Assembly: GCA_964573545.1 (NCBI GenBank)
Contig: CAZNJQ010000002.1
Coordinates: 1-52,543, forward strand
Direction: 5' to 3'
Source: an uncultured Candidatus Saccharibacteria bacterium
Lineage (GTDB): Bacteria > Patescibacteriota > Minisyncoccia > Phycocordibacterales > UBA2135
Length of the DNA stretch: 52,543 bases
The position numbers were made by a program, and so were the translations under genes. The notes below the pieces were generated by a model. It saw nothing but the letters and a program-made list of their open reading frames with translations. It was not told the origin of the DNA and made no database searches. Shown here piece after piece: positions 14,217-23,460 of this stretch (within the stretch, counting starts at the first letter, position 1; each line of letters opens with the position of its first letter).

Positions 14217-15269
14217 ATGAAGATTAAAGTCGCAATTAACGGTTTCGGGCGTATTGGGCGGGCGTTCTTTCGTGTTGCCTATGACCATCCGGAAATCGAT
14301 ATTGTCGCGATTAACGACCTAGATGGCGCAGAGAATCTTGCGTATCTCCTGAAATATGATTCTGCGTACGGGAGAAGCAATATTGTAGTAGAAGCACGAG
14401 AGACGGGCGGCAAACCGGCACTTGTTGTCGATACGCCCAATGGCAAAAAAGTTATTTCACTTTCTCACCAAAAAGATCCGGCTCTTCTGCCGTGGAAAGA
14501 ACTCGGCGTTGACATCGCAATTGAGGCGACCGGAATCTTCGCAAGTTTCAAGGCATCGCAAGCACATTTAGGGGCCGGGGCGCGCCGTGTCGTTGTGACC
14601 GCACCGATTAAAGACGAGCCGGCTCCGGGTGTCTCTGGCGCCACAGTGCTTGTCGGCGTCAATGAAGAACAACTGAAGACATGCGACATCTCTTCGAATG
14701 CATCGTGCACCACGAACGCGGGCGCGCCGCTTATTGCGATCCTCGACGAAACAATCGGAATTAAAAAAGCGATACTGAACACCGTGCACGGCTATACATC
14801 TTCGCAGGCGCTTGTTGATGGCACGAGCAAAAAAGATTTCAGGCGCGGACGTGCTGCAGCCGCAAATATCGTACCGTCTACGACGGGTGCCGCAATTGCC
14901 GTGACGAAAGCGTATCCGGCGCTCAAAGGGCGCTTTGATGGTGTCGCAATGCGAGTGCCCATCATCGTCGGTTCGTTAGTCGATGTGACGTTTGTCGCCA
15001 AAAGGAATACAACCGCAGAAGAAGTGAATGGCATCCTCACAGAAGCCTCACAAAAATCTCGCTGGAAAAAGACTTTTTCTGTCACCGACGAGCCGATTGT
15101 ATCGTCTGATGTCGTCGGAAGTCACTACGCATCAATTGCCGATCTATCTTTTACACGCGTGATTGACGGAGATTTAGTAAAGGTGCTCGCGTGGTATGAC
15201 AATGAGATGGGGTATGCGCATGCATTACTTGAACATGTGCTTATAAGCGGGCGGCATATACACGGGTGA
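14217..15269 (+). CDS. gap: Glyceraldehyde-3-phosphate dehydrogenase
   Basis: MKIKVAINGFGRIGR..., with the active-site motif SNASCTTN. Confidence 0.95.
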   Translation: MKIKVAINGFGRIGRAFFRVAYDHPEIDIVAINDLDGAENLAYLLKYDSAYGRSNIVVEARETGGKPALVVDTPNGKKVISLSHQKDPALLPWKELGVDIAIEATGIFASFKASQAHLGAGARRVVVTAPIKDEPAPGVSGATVLVGVNEEQLKTCDISSNASCTTNAGAPLIAILDETIGIKKAILNTVHGYTSSQALVDGTSKKDFRRGRAAAANIVPSTTGAAIAVTKAYPALKGRFDGVAMRVPIIVGSLVDVTFVAKRNTTAEEVNGILTEASQKSRWKKTFSVTDEPIVSSDVVGSHYASIADLSFTRVIDGDLVKVLAWYDNEMGYAHALLEHVLISGRHIHG

Positions 15270-15278
15270 TACAACTTC

Positions 15279-15776
15279 ATGACAATTTTTTTTGCTTCTG
15301 ACCATGCAGGATTTACGCTGAAACGAAATCTTATTGAATACATACACGGACTTGGGTTCCAAGCGATAGATAAAGGACCTTTTGTGTACGACGAATCGGA
15401 TGATTATCCCGATTTCATTTCTCTTGTCGCACGGGAAGTCTCTCGGAATCCGGAGGCATGCAGAGGGATCGTTATCGGCGGCGGCGGACAAGGCGAAGCA
15501 ATCGTCGCGAACCGTTTTCCGCATGTCAGGGCAGCGGTCTTCTACGGGCCGATGGCGGCACAGGATGCGATAGACGTAAAAGGGCAAAGGAGTACGGATC
15601 TGTTTGAAAATGTCAGATTGTCCCGGACTCATAATGATGCGAATGTTTTATCGATAGCGGCACGATTTGTGAATGAAGAAGATGCCAGACATGCTGTGCG
15701 CATTTTTCTCGAGATTCGATTCTCCGGCGAAGAACGTCATGCGCGGAGGATCAAGAAGATAGATGAATTGAAATGA
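15279..15776 (+). CDS. rpiB: Ribose-5-phosphate isomerase B (RpiB/LacA/LacB family)
   Basis: IFFASDHAGFTLK...GIVIGGGGQGEAIVANR. Confidence 0.85.
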   Translation: MTIFFASDHAGFTLKRNLIEYIHGLGFQAIDKGPFVYDESDDYPDFISLVAREVSRNPEACRGIVIGGGGQGEAIVANRFPHVRAAVFYGPMAAQDAIDVKGQRSTDLFENVRLSRTHNDANVLSIAARFVNEEDARHAVRIFLEIRFSGEERHARRIKKIDELK

Positions 15777-15783
15777 ATTCACT

Positions 15784-16503
15784 ATGGCAGATATTATTCC
15801 GGCGATAATGCCACAGTCGTTTGGAGACTTGCGCGAGACAGTCGAACGATTCGTGGGGCTTGTAAAAGTCGTCCAGATCGATGTTATGGACGGCATTTTT
15901 GTTCCGTCATCGGATTGGCCGTATATCGAGAAAGACGAAGACCAGCTCTTGCCGTTTTCTCGGGGTGAAGAAGAACTCCCCTTCATACATGAGGTTGCAT
16001 ACGAAATTGACCTCATGGTTGCGAACCCAAAAAGAGAAGGTATTCGCTGGCTTTCCGCAGGGGCGGAGCGGCTGGTTTTCCATATCGAAAGTATTGATAT
16101 ATCCGATGCGGAGGAACTTGCCGTGGCGTTTCGAAGCGCTGCGATGCACGATATACGGGGGGATGACGCGCGGCACGCCGTATCGGTTGAGATCGGTATC
16201 GCCCTCAATACGGATACGCCGAATAAAAATATTGAGCACGTGCTGCCGTATGTCGATTTCGTGCAGTGTATGGGCATAACAAAGATCGGCTATCAAGGGC
16301 AGCCGTTTGACGACCGCGTCATTGAGAAGATCGTTGATTTGCGGGAGCATCATCCGGACGTTATAATAAGCGTTGATGGCGGCGTAAATTTGGACACTGC
16401 TCCGCGCCTTATCAGAGCTGGAGCGACGCGGCTTGTTGCCGGTTCTGCGGTCCTGAAGAGCAAAAATTTTGAAGAGACGATCAATACGTTTAAAGGTCTA
16501 TAA
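15784..16503 (+). CDS. rpe: Ribulose-phosphate 3-epimerase-family protein
   Basis: QIDVMDGIFVP...ISVDGGVN. Context is between rpiB and tkt. Confidence 0.7.
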   Translation: MADIIPAIMPQSFGDLRETVERFVGLVKVVQIDVMDGIFVPSSDWPYIEKDEDQLLPFSRGEEELPFIHEVAYEIDLMVANPKREGIRWLSAGAERLVFHIESIDISDAEELAVAFRSAAMHDIRGDDARHAVSVEIGIALNTDTPNKNIEHVLPYVDFVQCMGITKIGYQGQPFDDRVIEKIVDLREHHPDVIISVDGGVNLDTAPRLIRAGATRLVAGSAVLKSKNFEETINTFKGL

Positions 16504-17364
16504 ATGGCACATCTCCACGACGAAAAAATAAAAGAGCTTGAGGAAAAAGCGAATAAAGTTCGGGAATCTCTCATTGAAGAACTTGTGGAAGCGGGTTCGG
16601 GGCACACAGCGGGGCCCCTAGGGATGGCCGATATTTTCACGGCATTCTATTTTCATATTTTAAATCACAACCCCAAGAATCCTTTGTGGGAGGAACGTGA
16701 CCGTCTTATTCTTTCAAACGGCCACATTACGCCTGTTCGGTATGCGGCGATGGCGCACGCCGGCTATTTCCCGCTTGAGGAGCTAAAGACGCTCCGGAAA
16801 TTCGGCTCGCGCCTTCAGGGGCACCCTGAACGAGAACGACTGCTTTCGATCGAAACGACATCGGGTCCTCTTGGTTCTGGTCTGGGGCAGGCAGCGGGTA
16901 TCGCACTCGGCGCCAAAATGGATGGCAAGAAATTCCGCGTGTATTGCCTTATGTCAGACGGCGAACAAGAAGCGGGGAACACGTGGGAGTCGGCGATGTT
17001 CGCGGCGAACAACAAACTCCATAATCTGACTGCGGTTATAGACAGAAATAATATACAGATAAACGGGATGACCGAAGACGTGATGCCGCTTGAACCGCTC
17101 CGCGAGAAATACGAAGCGTTTAACTGGCATGTGATTGATGTTGACGGGCATAACATAGAAGAATTTATCGATGCAGTGGAAGAAGCAAAAGCGATTTACG
17201 AGAAACCGACGATTATCATCGCGCACACAATTCCCGGGAAGGGAATCAAGGAGATAGAATTCGATTATACGTGGCATGGCAAGCCGCCCAAACCCGAAGA
17301 GGCTCAAAAATTCCTGAAAGAGTTGCGCACGCTCGGAGGCAAGATACGAAGCGAGCACGAATAA
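16504..17364 (+). CDS. tkt: Transketolase, N-terminal (TPP-binding) subunit
   Basis: GSGHTAGPLGMADI..., LSNGH..., MSDGEQEAGNTWE. Confidence 0.9.
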   Translation: MAHLHDEKIKELEEKANKVRESLIEELVEAGSGHTAGPLGMADIFTAFYFHILNHNPKNPLWEERDRLILSNGHITPVRYAAMAHAGYFPLEELKTLRKFGSRLQGHPERERLLSIETTSGPLGSGLGQAAGIALGAKMDGKKFRVYCLMSDGEQEAGNTWESAMFAANNKLHNLTAVIDRNNIQINGMTEDVMPLEPLREKYEAFNWHVIDVDGHNIEEFIDAVEEAKAIYEKPTIIIAHTIPGKGIKEIEFDYTWHGKPPKPEEAQKFLKELRTLGGKIRSEHE

Positions 17365-17407
17365 AGCAGATGCAAGGATACGATCTAGAATTTAAGGATT
17401 AGGAATA

Positions 17408-18400
17408 ATGATACGCACCAACGCACAACTTGTAGAAAATATATTTGACGCAAAAACTATTGCGCAAGCACCGACACGCGACGGCTACGGCAAGGGTGTC
17501 GTTCTTGCAGGCGAGAAAGACTCGCGCATTGTTGTTTTGTGCGCCGACCTTGCGGAATCTACACGCTCTCTTTGGTTTAAGGAAAAGTTTCCGGAGCGGT
17601 ATGTCGAACTCGGCGTTGCGGAGCAAAATTTGGCGACTATTGCGTCAGGCCTTGCGAATTATGGGAAAATTCCGTTCATTTCATCGTATGCCGTTTTCAG
17701 TCCCGGCAGGAATAATGAACAGATACGAACGACCATCTCGCTCAACAACTTGTCGGTGAAGGTATGCGGCATGCATGCCGGAGTCTCTGTGGGCCCAGAC
17801 GGAGCCACGCATCAGGCGCTTGAAGATATCGCTCTTATGCGCGTACAGCCGAACATGACTGTCATCTACCCGTGCGACGCAGAAGAAGCGCGCAAGGCAA
17901 CGTATGCTGCGGCGTTCCATAAAGGTCCGGTGTATCTGCGCTTTGCGCGAGAGAAGACGCCTGTTTTTACGACGAAGGAGACGCCGTTTGAAATAGGGAA
18001 GGCAAATATTTTGTGGGAATCGGAAAAGCCTGACGTCACGATTATCGGCACAGGACCGCTTCTTTATAACGCGCTTACCGCGGCGCACGAGCTCGAGGCG
18101 GAGGGCGTAAAAACGCTTGTGCTTAATCTCCACACTATTAAACCGCTTGACGCGGATACACTTCTCTCCGCCGCGCAACGCGCGGGTGCCGTTGTGACGG
18201 TTGAAGAACATCAGATCGCGGGCGGTATGGGAAGCGCGGTCGCCGAGTTTCTCGCGCAGAATCACCCTGTTCCAATGGAGTTTGTGGGCGTCCGCGATGC
18301 ATTCGGCCAGTCCGGAGAACCGGAAGAACTCATCGAACATTACGGCATGGGAGTTACTGCCATCAAGGAGGCGGTGTATAAGATTCTGAAGAGGAAATAA
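17408..18400 (+). CDS. tkt: Transketolase, C-terminal (pyrimidine-binding) subunit
   Basis: RDGYGKGV..., VELGVAEQN..., GPDGATHQALEDIALMR. Confidence 0.9.
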   Translation: MIRTNAQLVENIFDAKTIAQAPTRDGYGKGVVLAGEKDSRIVVLCADLAESTRSLWFKEKFPERYVELGVAEQNLATIASGLANYGKIPFISSYAVFSPGRNNEQIRTTISLNNLSVKVCGMHAGVSVGPDGATHQALEDIALMRVQPNMTVIYPCDAEEARKATYAAAFHKGPVYLRFAREKTPVFTTKETPFEIGKANILWESEKPDVTIIGTGPLLYNALTAAHELEAEGVKTLVLNLHTIKPLDADTLLSAAQRAGAVVTVEEHQIAGGMGSAVAEFLAQNHPVPMEFVGVRDAFGQSGEPEELIEHYGMGVTAIKEAVYKILKRK

Positions 18401-18471
18401 ATCCCTGGGGTCTACCTGCGCAGATAGGAAAGCTTTCCAGGGTATTGTTGGGACTCGCTATCGGGTGGAGA

Positions 18472-18503
18472 AGACAGACATTGCGCCGGGTTTGTCTTTT
18501 TTT
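18472..18503 (+). terminator. Probable rho-independent terminator after tkt
   Basis: AGACAGA-12 nt-TTTGTCT (one G.U pair) followed by TTTTTT. Confidence 0.5.
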
Positions 18504-18527
18504 GTTCGTGTGTTAGCCTAACGGTAG

Positions 18528-18956
18528 ATGAAGATGATGCGGAGGGGAGGAATGCGGCAAATTTTTTCGGCTGTATTACCCGCCGTGGCAGGTACGTTGT
18601 CAGGGAAATTGTATCTCGCTGCGCAAACCGTTTCAGCCGGTGCTGCATGTACGTATCGGGCAGAGCTTCGCGTGCGAGCGACGACTGCGACTGAAGGAGA
18701 GACTTCGTCTCCTGAAGAGCTCTCTCTAAGCCTCAATTTTGACAGCATGGTACACGTGGAAGCATGGCTTCGGTCAGCCTGCGCTTTTATTGTGACGAGT
18801 GCATTCTGTACCCCCGAAATACAGGGTTACGGCAGGCCTCCGCTTGCGACGACTATGATGGTGGCATTGTTCCTGAAAAGTCTTCTGGTGCAGATGAATG
18901 GCTTCGAGAAAAAAGCTGGGGAGTGGCGCGATGCACGGCTCGAAAAACTCAATTAA
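18528..18956 (+). CDS. Hypothetical protein (142 aa), paralogue of the next ORF
   Basis: Shares VAG(T/S)LSG(K/R)L and PE(E/S)L(S/K).(S/R)L.F blocks with 18931-19380. Confidence 0.5.
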   Translation: MKMMRRGGMRQIFSAVLPAVAGTLSGKLYLAAQTVSAGAACTYRAELRVRATTATEGETSSPEELSLSLNFDSMVHVEAWLRSACAFIVTSAFCTPEIQGYGRPPLATTMMVALFLKSLLVQMNGFEKKAGEWRDARLEKLN

Positions 18957-19380
18957 TTGGGATTCCGGTCACGTCACCATTGAATCCGTAGCAGGGTCTT
19001 TGTCCGGGCGTTTGATTATCGGATATGTATTGGATATCGGGGGTGGTGAAGAACGGTACATACTTGACCTCACGATCCATAACAAAAATACGGCGTGCGG
19101 AGATGGATTCCCCGAATCCTTAAAGTTCCGGCTCTGCTTCGCCAATTGGCCTGATGCACTGTATTGGATCGGAAACATACCGTATCAAGCGATCCAGTTC
19201 CTTTTTATGAAAAACGAGTTCGCAGCAAAATTTATTGATGCGAACGAGAAGCTTCTCAAGGACATCGGATCAATCACGGATTTTTTCGTCGAGTCGTCTG
19301 CGGAAGCGGGAGAACATTTTAAAGAACTAAAAGAAAATCCTGCGCCTCCGGAAGGCGTGGATAAGAGAAAGCTCCAGTAA
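18931..19380 (+). CDS. Hypothetical protein (~149 aa; start 18931 or 18898), paralogue of the previous ORF
   Basis: ESVAGSLSGRLIIGYVLD...PESLKFRLCFANW, with an acidic/helical C-terminus. Confidence 0.55.
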   Translation: MHGSKNSINWDSGHVTIESVAGSLSGRLIIGYVLDIGGGEERYILDLTIHNKNTACGDGFPESLKFRLCFANWPDALYWIGNIPYQAIQFLFMKNEFAAKFIDANEKLLKDIGSITDFFVESSAEAGEHFKELKENPAPPEGVDKRKLQ

Positions 19381-19440
19381 TGCCGCGCATCGCTGGAGCT
19401 TTTGTTGTACCACAATTTTTTACACTGTATACTACGATGT

Positions 19441-21222
19441 ATGCGTTCTGAAGAGATACGAAAACGATTTCTGGAATTTTTCAAAAAACGGGGACACGCC
19501 ATAATTCCTTCAGCGCCCTTGGTGCCGGAAAACGATCCTTCGGTGCTCTTTACAACTGCTGGCATGCAGCCGCTTGTTCCCTATCTGCTCGGAGAAAAGC
19601 ATCCGGCAGGTGACACGCTCGCAAACGTTCAAAAATGCGTGCGGACGCAAGACATTGAAGAAGTAGGGGACAAAACCCACGATACATTTTTTGAAATGCT
19701 GGGGAACTGGTCTTTGGGTTCATATTTTAAGAAAGAGGCAATTCGGTGGAGCTATGAATTCTTGACCTCGAAAGAAGAAGGGCTCGGGCTTGCGCCGGAA
19801 CGGCTCTACGTGACCGTTTTTGGCGGCAACAAGGACGCGCCGAAAGACACGGAATCATTTGAAATATGGAAATCGATCGGAGTCCCCGAAAATCACATCT
19901 TTTTCATGGAAGGAGAGCTTGCCGAGAAAAACTGGTGGGGTCCGGGCAGTGACGGGCCATGCGGTCCGGATACGGAGATGTTTTATGATGTTGTCGGCGG
20001 GCTTAGTTTTAAATCTTTGGATGAATTTCTTGCGGCAGATGCCAATCAGGAAATAGTCGAAATATGGAATGACGTCTTCATGGAATATGAAAAAAGAGAC
20101 GGGAAGGTGATAGGGAAACTGAAACAGAAAAACGTTGATACGGGCGCCGGCCTCGAGCGGCTCGCGATGGTGATGCAGGGAAAAGACAATATCTTTGACA
20201 CAGATTTATTTTCCGGCTTGATGAAAGAAATCAGCGAGATGGCATCAAGTGACAGTATCCGCGCGAAGCGCATCATTGCAGACCATATCCGCACCGCCGT
20301 CTTTATCATCGGCGATGGTGTCGTGCCGTCGAATACTGACAGAGGATACATACTGCGCCGCTTACTCCGCCGCGCCGTACGATACAGCGACGTTTTAGGA
20401 ATTAAGAAAGAATTTCTGCCGGCACTCGCTAGTGAAGTGGTGCAGAAATATAGAGAGGTATATCCAAATTTACTCCGGAAATCGGAAGAGATACAGCAGG
20501 AAATTGCCAAAGAGGAGGAGAAATTCAGAAGGACGCTCGCGAAAGGGGAGAAAGAATTCGAGAAGTTTTCTCGAGTCGGCATTTCCGGTGCGGATGCGTT
20601 CATGCTTTTCTCAACATACGGATTTCCAATAGAAATGACCACAGAGATGGCGGAAGAAAAGGGTATCGCAGTGGATGTGCTTGGGTTTGCTGAAGAGATG
20701 AAGAAACATCAGGAACTTTCGCGAATCGGCGCAGAAAAAAAATTCAAAGGTGGACTTGCAGACACAGGTGAAGAGACGACACGACTCCACACTGCCACGC
20801 ACCTTATGCTCGCAGGTTTGCGCAAATATTTAGGAGACCATGTCCATCAGGCGGGTTCCAATATCACAACCGAGCGAACGCGTTTTGATTTCACACACCC
20901 GGAGAAAGTGTCGCGCGAGATTCTTGATAAAGTTGAAGCGTATGTGAACGAGGCGGCTGCAAAAAGATGCAATATTATAGTGCGCCAAGTTCCCAAGGAG
21001 CAGGCAAAAAAGGAAGGCGTTGAGGGGAGTTTCTGGGAAAAATATCCCGCGGTGGTGAATGTCTATGAAGTACGATGCGCCGACGGTTCAACATATTCGA
21101 GCGAACTCTGCGGCGGACCGCATGTTAAAAATACCTCTGAACTTAAAGGGGTTTTCAAGATACTGAAAGAAGAAGCGGTTTCGGCGGGAGTCCGCCGCAT
21201 CAAAGCGGTTCTTGAGAGGTAG
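19441..21222 (+). CDS. alaS: Alanine--tRNA ligase, short form (593 aa, no C-Ala/DHHA1 domain)
   Basis: MRSEEIRKRFLEFFKKRGH...LFTTAGMQP.... Editing-domain motifs HTATHLM and CGGPHV lie near the C-terminus. Confidence 0.9.
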   Translation: MRSEEIRKRFLEFFKKRGHAIIPSAPLVPENDPSVLFTTAGMQPLVPYLLGEKHPAGDTLANVQKCVRTQDIEEVGDKTHDTFFEMLGNWSLGSYFKKEAIRWSYEFLTSKEEGLGLAPERLYVTVFGGNKDAPKDTESFEIWKSIGVPENHIFFMEGELAEKNWWGPGSDGPCGPDTEMFYDVVGGLSFKSLDEFLAADANQEIVEIWNDVFMEYEKRDGKVIGKLKQKNVDTGAGLERLAMVMQGKDNIFDTDLFSGLMKEISEMASSDSIRAKRIIADHIRTAVFIIGDGVVPSNTDRGYILRRLLRRAVRYSDVLGIKKEFLPALASEVVQKYREVYPNLLRKSEEIQQEIAKEEEKFRRTLAKGEKEFEKFSRVGISGADAFMLFSTYGFPIEMTTEMAEEKGIAVDVLGFAEEMKKHQELSRIGAEKKFKGGLADTGEETTRLHTATHLMLAGLRKYLGDHVHQAGSNITTERTRFDFTHPEKVSREILDKVEAYVNEAAAKRCNIIVRQVPKEQAKKEGVEGSFWEKYPAVVNVYEVRCADGSTYSSELCGGPHVKNTSELKGVFKILKEEAVSAGVRRIKAVLER

Positions 21223-21261
21223 GGTTGCTTTTTTATCGTTTCTTTGATACCATTTTTCCTC

Positions 21262-22011
21262 ATGAACGCAGAAAATACGCAGAAACAGAACGGCAACACT
21301 TCCCTCATCGAAGAGATGTTCAACGTAGGGGCGCATTTTGGATACACGAAGAGCAGGCGGCATCCCTCTTTCCGTTCCATTATCTTCGGCACCAAAAAGA
21401 AAGTTGATATCGTTAATCTCGAAAAGACAGGGCTTCATTTGAGCAAGGCGCTTGATTTTATAGGCGAATATGGACGGCAGAACAAAGTACTTTTGTTTGT
21501 GGGGACGAAGCCGGAGGCGCGAAAGATAGTAGAAGAAGCCGGGAAAACATTGAATACCCCGTTTGTCTCGAATCGGTGGATCGGGGGCACGCTCACCAAT
21601 TTCCCTCAGATCAGACGGCGTGTTTCCAAGTTCACAGGACTCCTTGAGAAACGAAGTACTGGAGCACTGGATGTATACACAAAGAAAGAGCGTCTGCTTC
21701 TCGATCGCGAGATAGAAAAACTTCGCAGGAATTTCAGCGGCATTGTCGGCATGGAGAAGCTCCCGGATGCACTTTTTGTCATTGATCCGCGCCACGAAGA
21801 TATCGCAGTCTCTGAAGCGAGACAATTGAACATTCCGATCGTCGCACTCGCAGGCTCAGATTGTAATCTTGCCGATATCGCGTACTCGATTCCCGCAAAC
21901 GATGCCTCGATCTCGAGCATTCTTTTCTTTACCGACAAAGTCATCAAGGCGTACCAGGAAGGCAAGAAGAGTAGCGTGCCGGAACCGAAACCGGAAAATA
22001 CACAGAGTTAA
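21262..22011 (+). CDS. rpsB: 30S ribosomal protein S2
   Basis: MFNVGAHFGYTKSRRHPSF...IVNLEKT...RWIGGTLTNF. Confidence 0.9.
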   Translation: MNAENTQKQNGNTSLIEEMFNVGAHFGYTKSRRHPSFRSIIFGTKKKVDIVNLEKTGLHLSKALDFIGEYGRQNKVLLFVGTKPEARKIVEEAGKTLNTPFVSNRWIGGTLTNFPQIRRRVSKFTGLLEKRSTGALDVYTKKERLLLDREIEKLRRNFSGIVGMEKLPDALFVIDPRHEDIAVSEARQLNIPIVALAGSDCNLADIAYSIPANDASISSILFFTDKVIKAYQEGKKSSVPEPKPENTQS

Positions 22012-22095
22012 AAGTTCAGCAGATTATAACGTTAAAAGGTTGCGATGAACCTGATACGCTTTATAACTTTCAACTTTTAAACTTCCTACTTTAGT

Positions 22096-22680
22096 ATGAT
22101 TACTACCGAACAAGTCAAAGAACTACGAGACAAAACGGGGATATCCGTCATGCAGTGTAAGAAAGCGCTTGAGGATGCGGGCGGTGATATAGGGAAGGCG
22201 CTTGAATATCTTAAAGCAAAAGGCGCAGAGATAGCCTCAAAAAAGAGCGAGCGAGCGCTTCACGCCGGTGCGATTGCCGCGTATATCCACGGCGCAGGCT
22301 CTGTGGGAAGCATGGTGCATCTTGCATCCGAGACCGATTTTGTCGCAAGAAATGAGGAATTTAGGGCGCTTGCGCATGATATCGCGATGCATGTTGCCGC
22401 GATGAATCCTGAATTTCTGAAAAAAGAAGATATTTCGGATGCGGACAAGAGCCGAGCGGAAGAGATTTTTAAAGATGAAGTCGAAAAAAGCGGAAAGCCA
22501 GAGGAAATCAAAAAGAAAATGCTGTCCGGAAAGATCGAGACCTATTTCAACGAACGGACACTTCTTGAGCAGGCATTCATAAAAAATCCGGACCAAAAGA
22601 TACGTAATCTCGTGCAGAACGCTATCCAAAAATTCGGCGAGAATATTGAGGTCGTTTCTTTTGTGCGTTTCGCGGCCTAA
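22096..22680 (+). CDS. tsf: Elongation factor Ts (short form, 194 aa)
   Basis: ITTEQVKELRDKTGISVMQCKKALEDAGGDIGKALEYLK is a UBA-like N-terminus. Context is the rpsB-tsf pair. Confidence 0.9.
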   Translation: MITTEQVKELRDKTGISVMQCKKALEDAGGDIGKALEYLKAKGAEIASKKSERALHAGAIAAYIHGAGSVGSMVHLASETDFVARNEEFRALAHDIAMHVAAMNPEFLKKEDISDADKSRAEEIFKDEVEKSGKPEEIKKKMLSGKIETYFNERTLLEQAFIKNPDQKIRNLVQNAIQKFGENIEVVSFVRFAA

Positions 22681-22697
22681 CAGCTCTTGGCACCACT

Positions 22698-23099
22698 ATG
22701 TACGCCTATTTTTTCATCTTCATCACGGCTCTTGCGGGGATCATCGCAATGCTAGTGTATCGCCATAGTGAGATCAAGAAAGGAGTAGTATCCTTACCAC
22801 AGGAATCAGACGCTCCACTTTTCTCTCTTGAGGAGTTCAAGCCGTTTTATGCACCCTATATCTCCTTGCATAAAGAGAATCTGAGGCGAAGTGCGTGGCG
22901 TGCTTCAACACATTGTGTAAGGATAGGAGGCATGTGCATTCGAGCGCTACGAGACAGTACGGCTCATAGACATGCTCGGAGGGTTATTGATGCGGTTCGC
23001 GGCAGACAGGATATCCAAGTGAACACCTCAGCCTCTTCGTTCCTTCAAGATATTGCTCTTCATAAACAAAAAGTACGCGGAAGAAAAAGTGCCCAATAG
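22698..23099 (+). CDS. Hypothetical membrane-anchored protein (133 aa)
   Basis: N-terminal TM segment YAYFFIFITALAGIIAMLVY followed by a basic C-terminal part. Confidence 0.5.
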   Translation: MYAYFFIFITALAGIIAMLVYRHSEIKKGVVSLPQESDAPLFSLEEFKPFYAPYISLHKENLRRSAWRASTHCVRIGGMCIRALRDSTAHRHARRVIDAVRGRQDIQVNTSASSFLQDIALHKQKVRGRKSAQ

Positions 23100-23127
23100 A
23101 CCGCCGCTATAAAAATCTACTTCCAGA

Positions 23128-23157
23128 TTGACGTGCGGGTATTCGAAGAAATATATA
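23128..23157 (+). promoter_or_regulatory. Possible promoter for the tRNA locus (TTGACG-18 nt-TATATA)
   Basis: Hexamers at 23128-23133 and 23152-23157, about 15 nt before the tRNA-like fragment. Confidence 0.35.
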
Positions 23158-23171
23158 TATAAAAAAGATAA

Positions 23172-23213
23172 GCCGGAGTAGCTCAATTGATAGGCCAACG
23201 GCTTTGCTCCGAT
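23172..23213 (+). pseudogene. tRNA-like 5' half (acceptor strand, D-arm-like, anticodon-arm-like) with no T-arm or 3' acceptor
   Basis: GCCGGAGTAGCTCAATTGATAGGCCAACGGCTTTGCTCCGAT matches the first 35 nt of the downstream tRNA-Thr at 26/35. An AT-rich 68-nt stretch follows, with no GGTTCGA-type T-arm. Confidence 0.45.
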
Positions 23214-23281
23214 ATTTTCAAAATCTGTGATTTTGCTAAAATATCGTGAGTCCTCAATTTGTAAAATTTGTAGAAAAATTT

Positions 23282-23354
23282 GCCGCCTTAGCTCAGTTGG
23301 TAGAGCAACGGTTTTGTAAACCGTAGGTCCGGAGTTCGAGTCTCCGAGGCGGCT
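23282..23354 (+). tRNA. tRNA-Thr (anticodon TGT)
   Basis: Acceptor GCCGCCT/AGGCGGC, D-arm GCTCAGTTGGTAGAGC, anticodon arm ACGGT-TTTGTAA-ACCGT, T-arm CGGAG-TTCGAGT-CTCCG, discriminator T. No encoded CCA. Confidence 0.9.
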
Positions 23355-23460
23355 CTCACTGGTTTCTAATCCTATCGTACGTTTGTATATGTGCGCGATT
23401 CTAGACATTGGTGTACGCCAGTGTTAAGATTTTTTCAGATGCATTATTAGGAGAAGCGCG

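Noticed and set aside
23028-23408. 126-aa minus-strand ORF spanning the tRNA locus.
   Set aside because: It overlaps tRNA-Thr and the tRNA-like fragment, and its translation contains the reverse complement of tRNA sequence. It is spurious.
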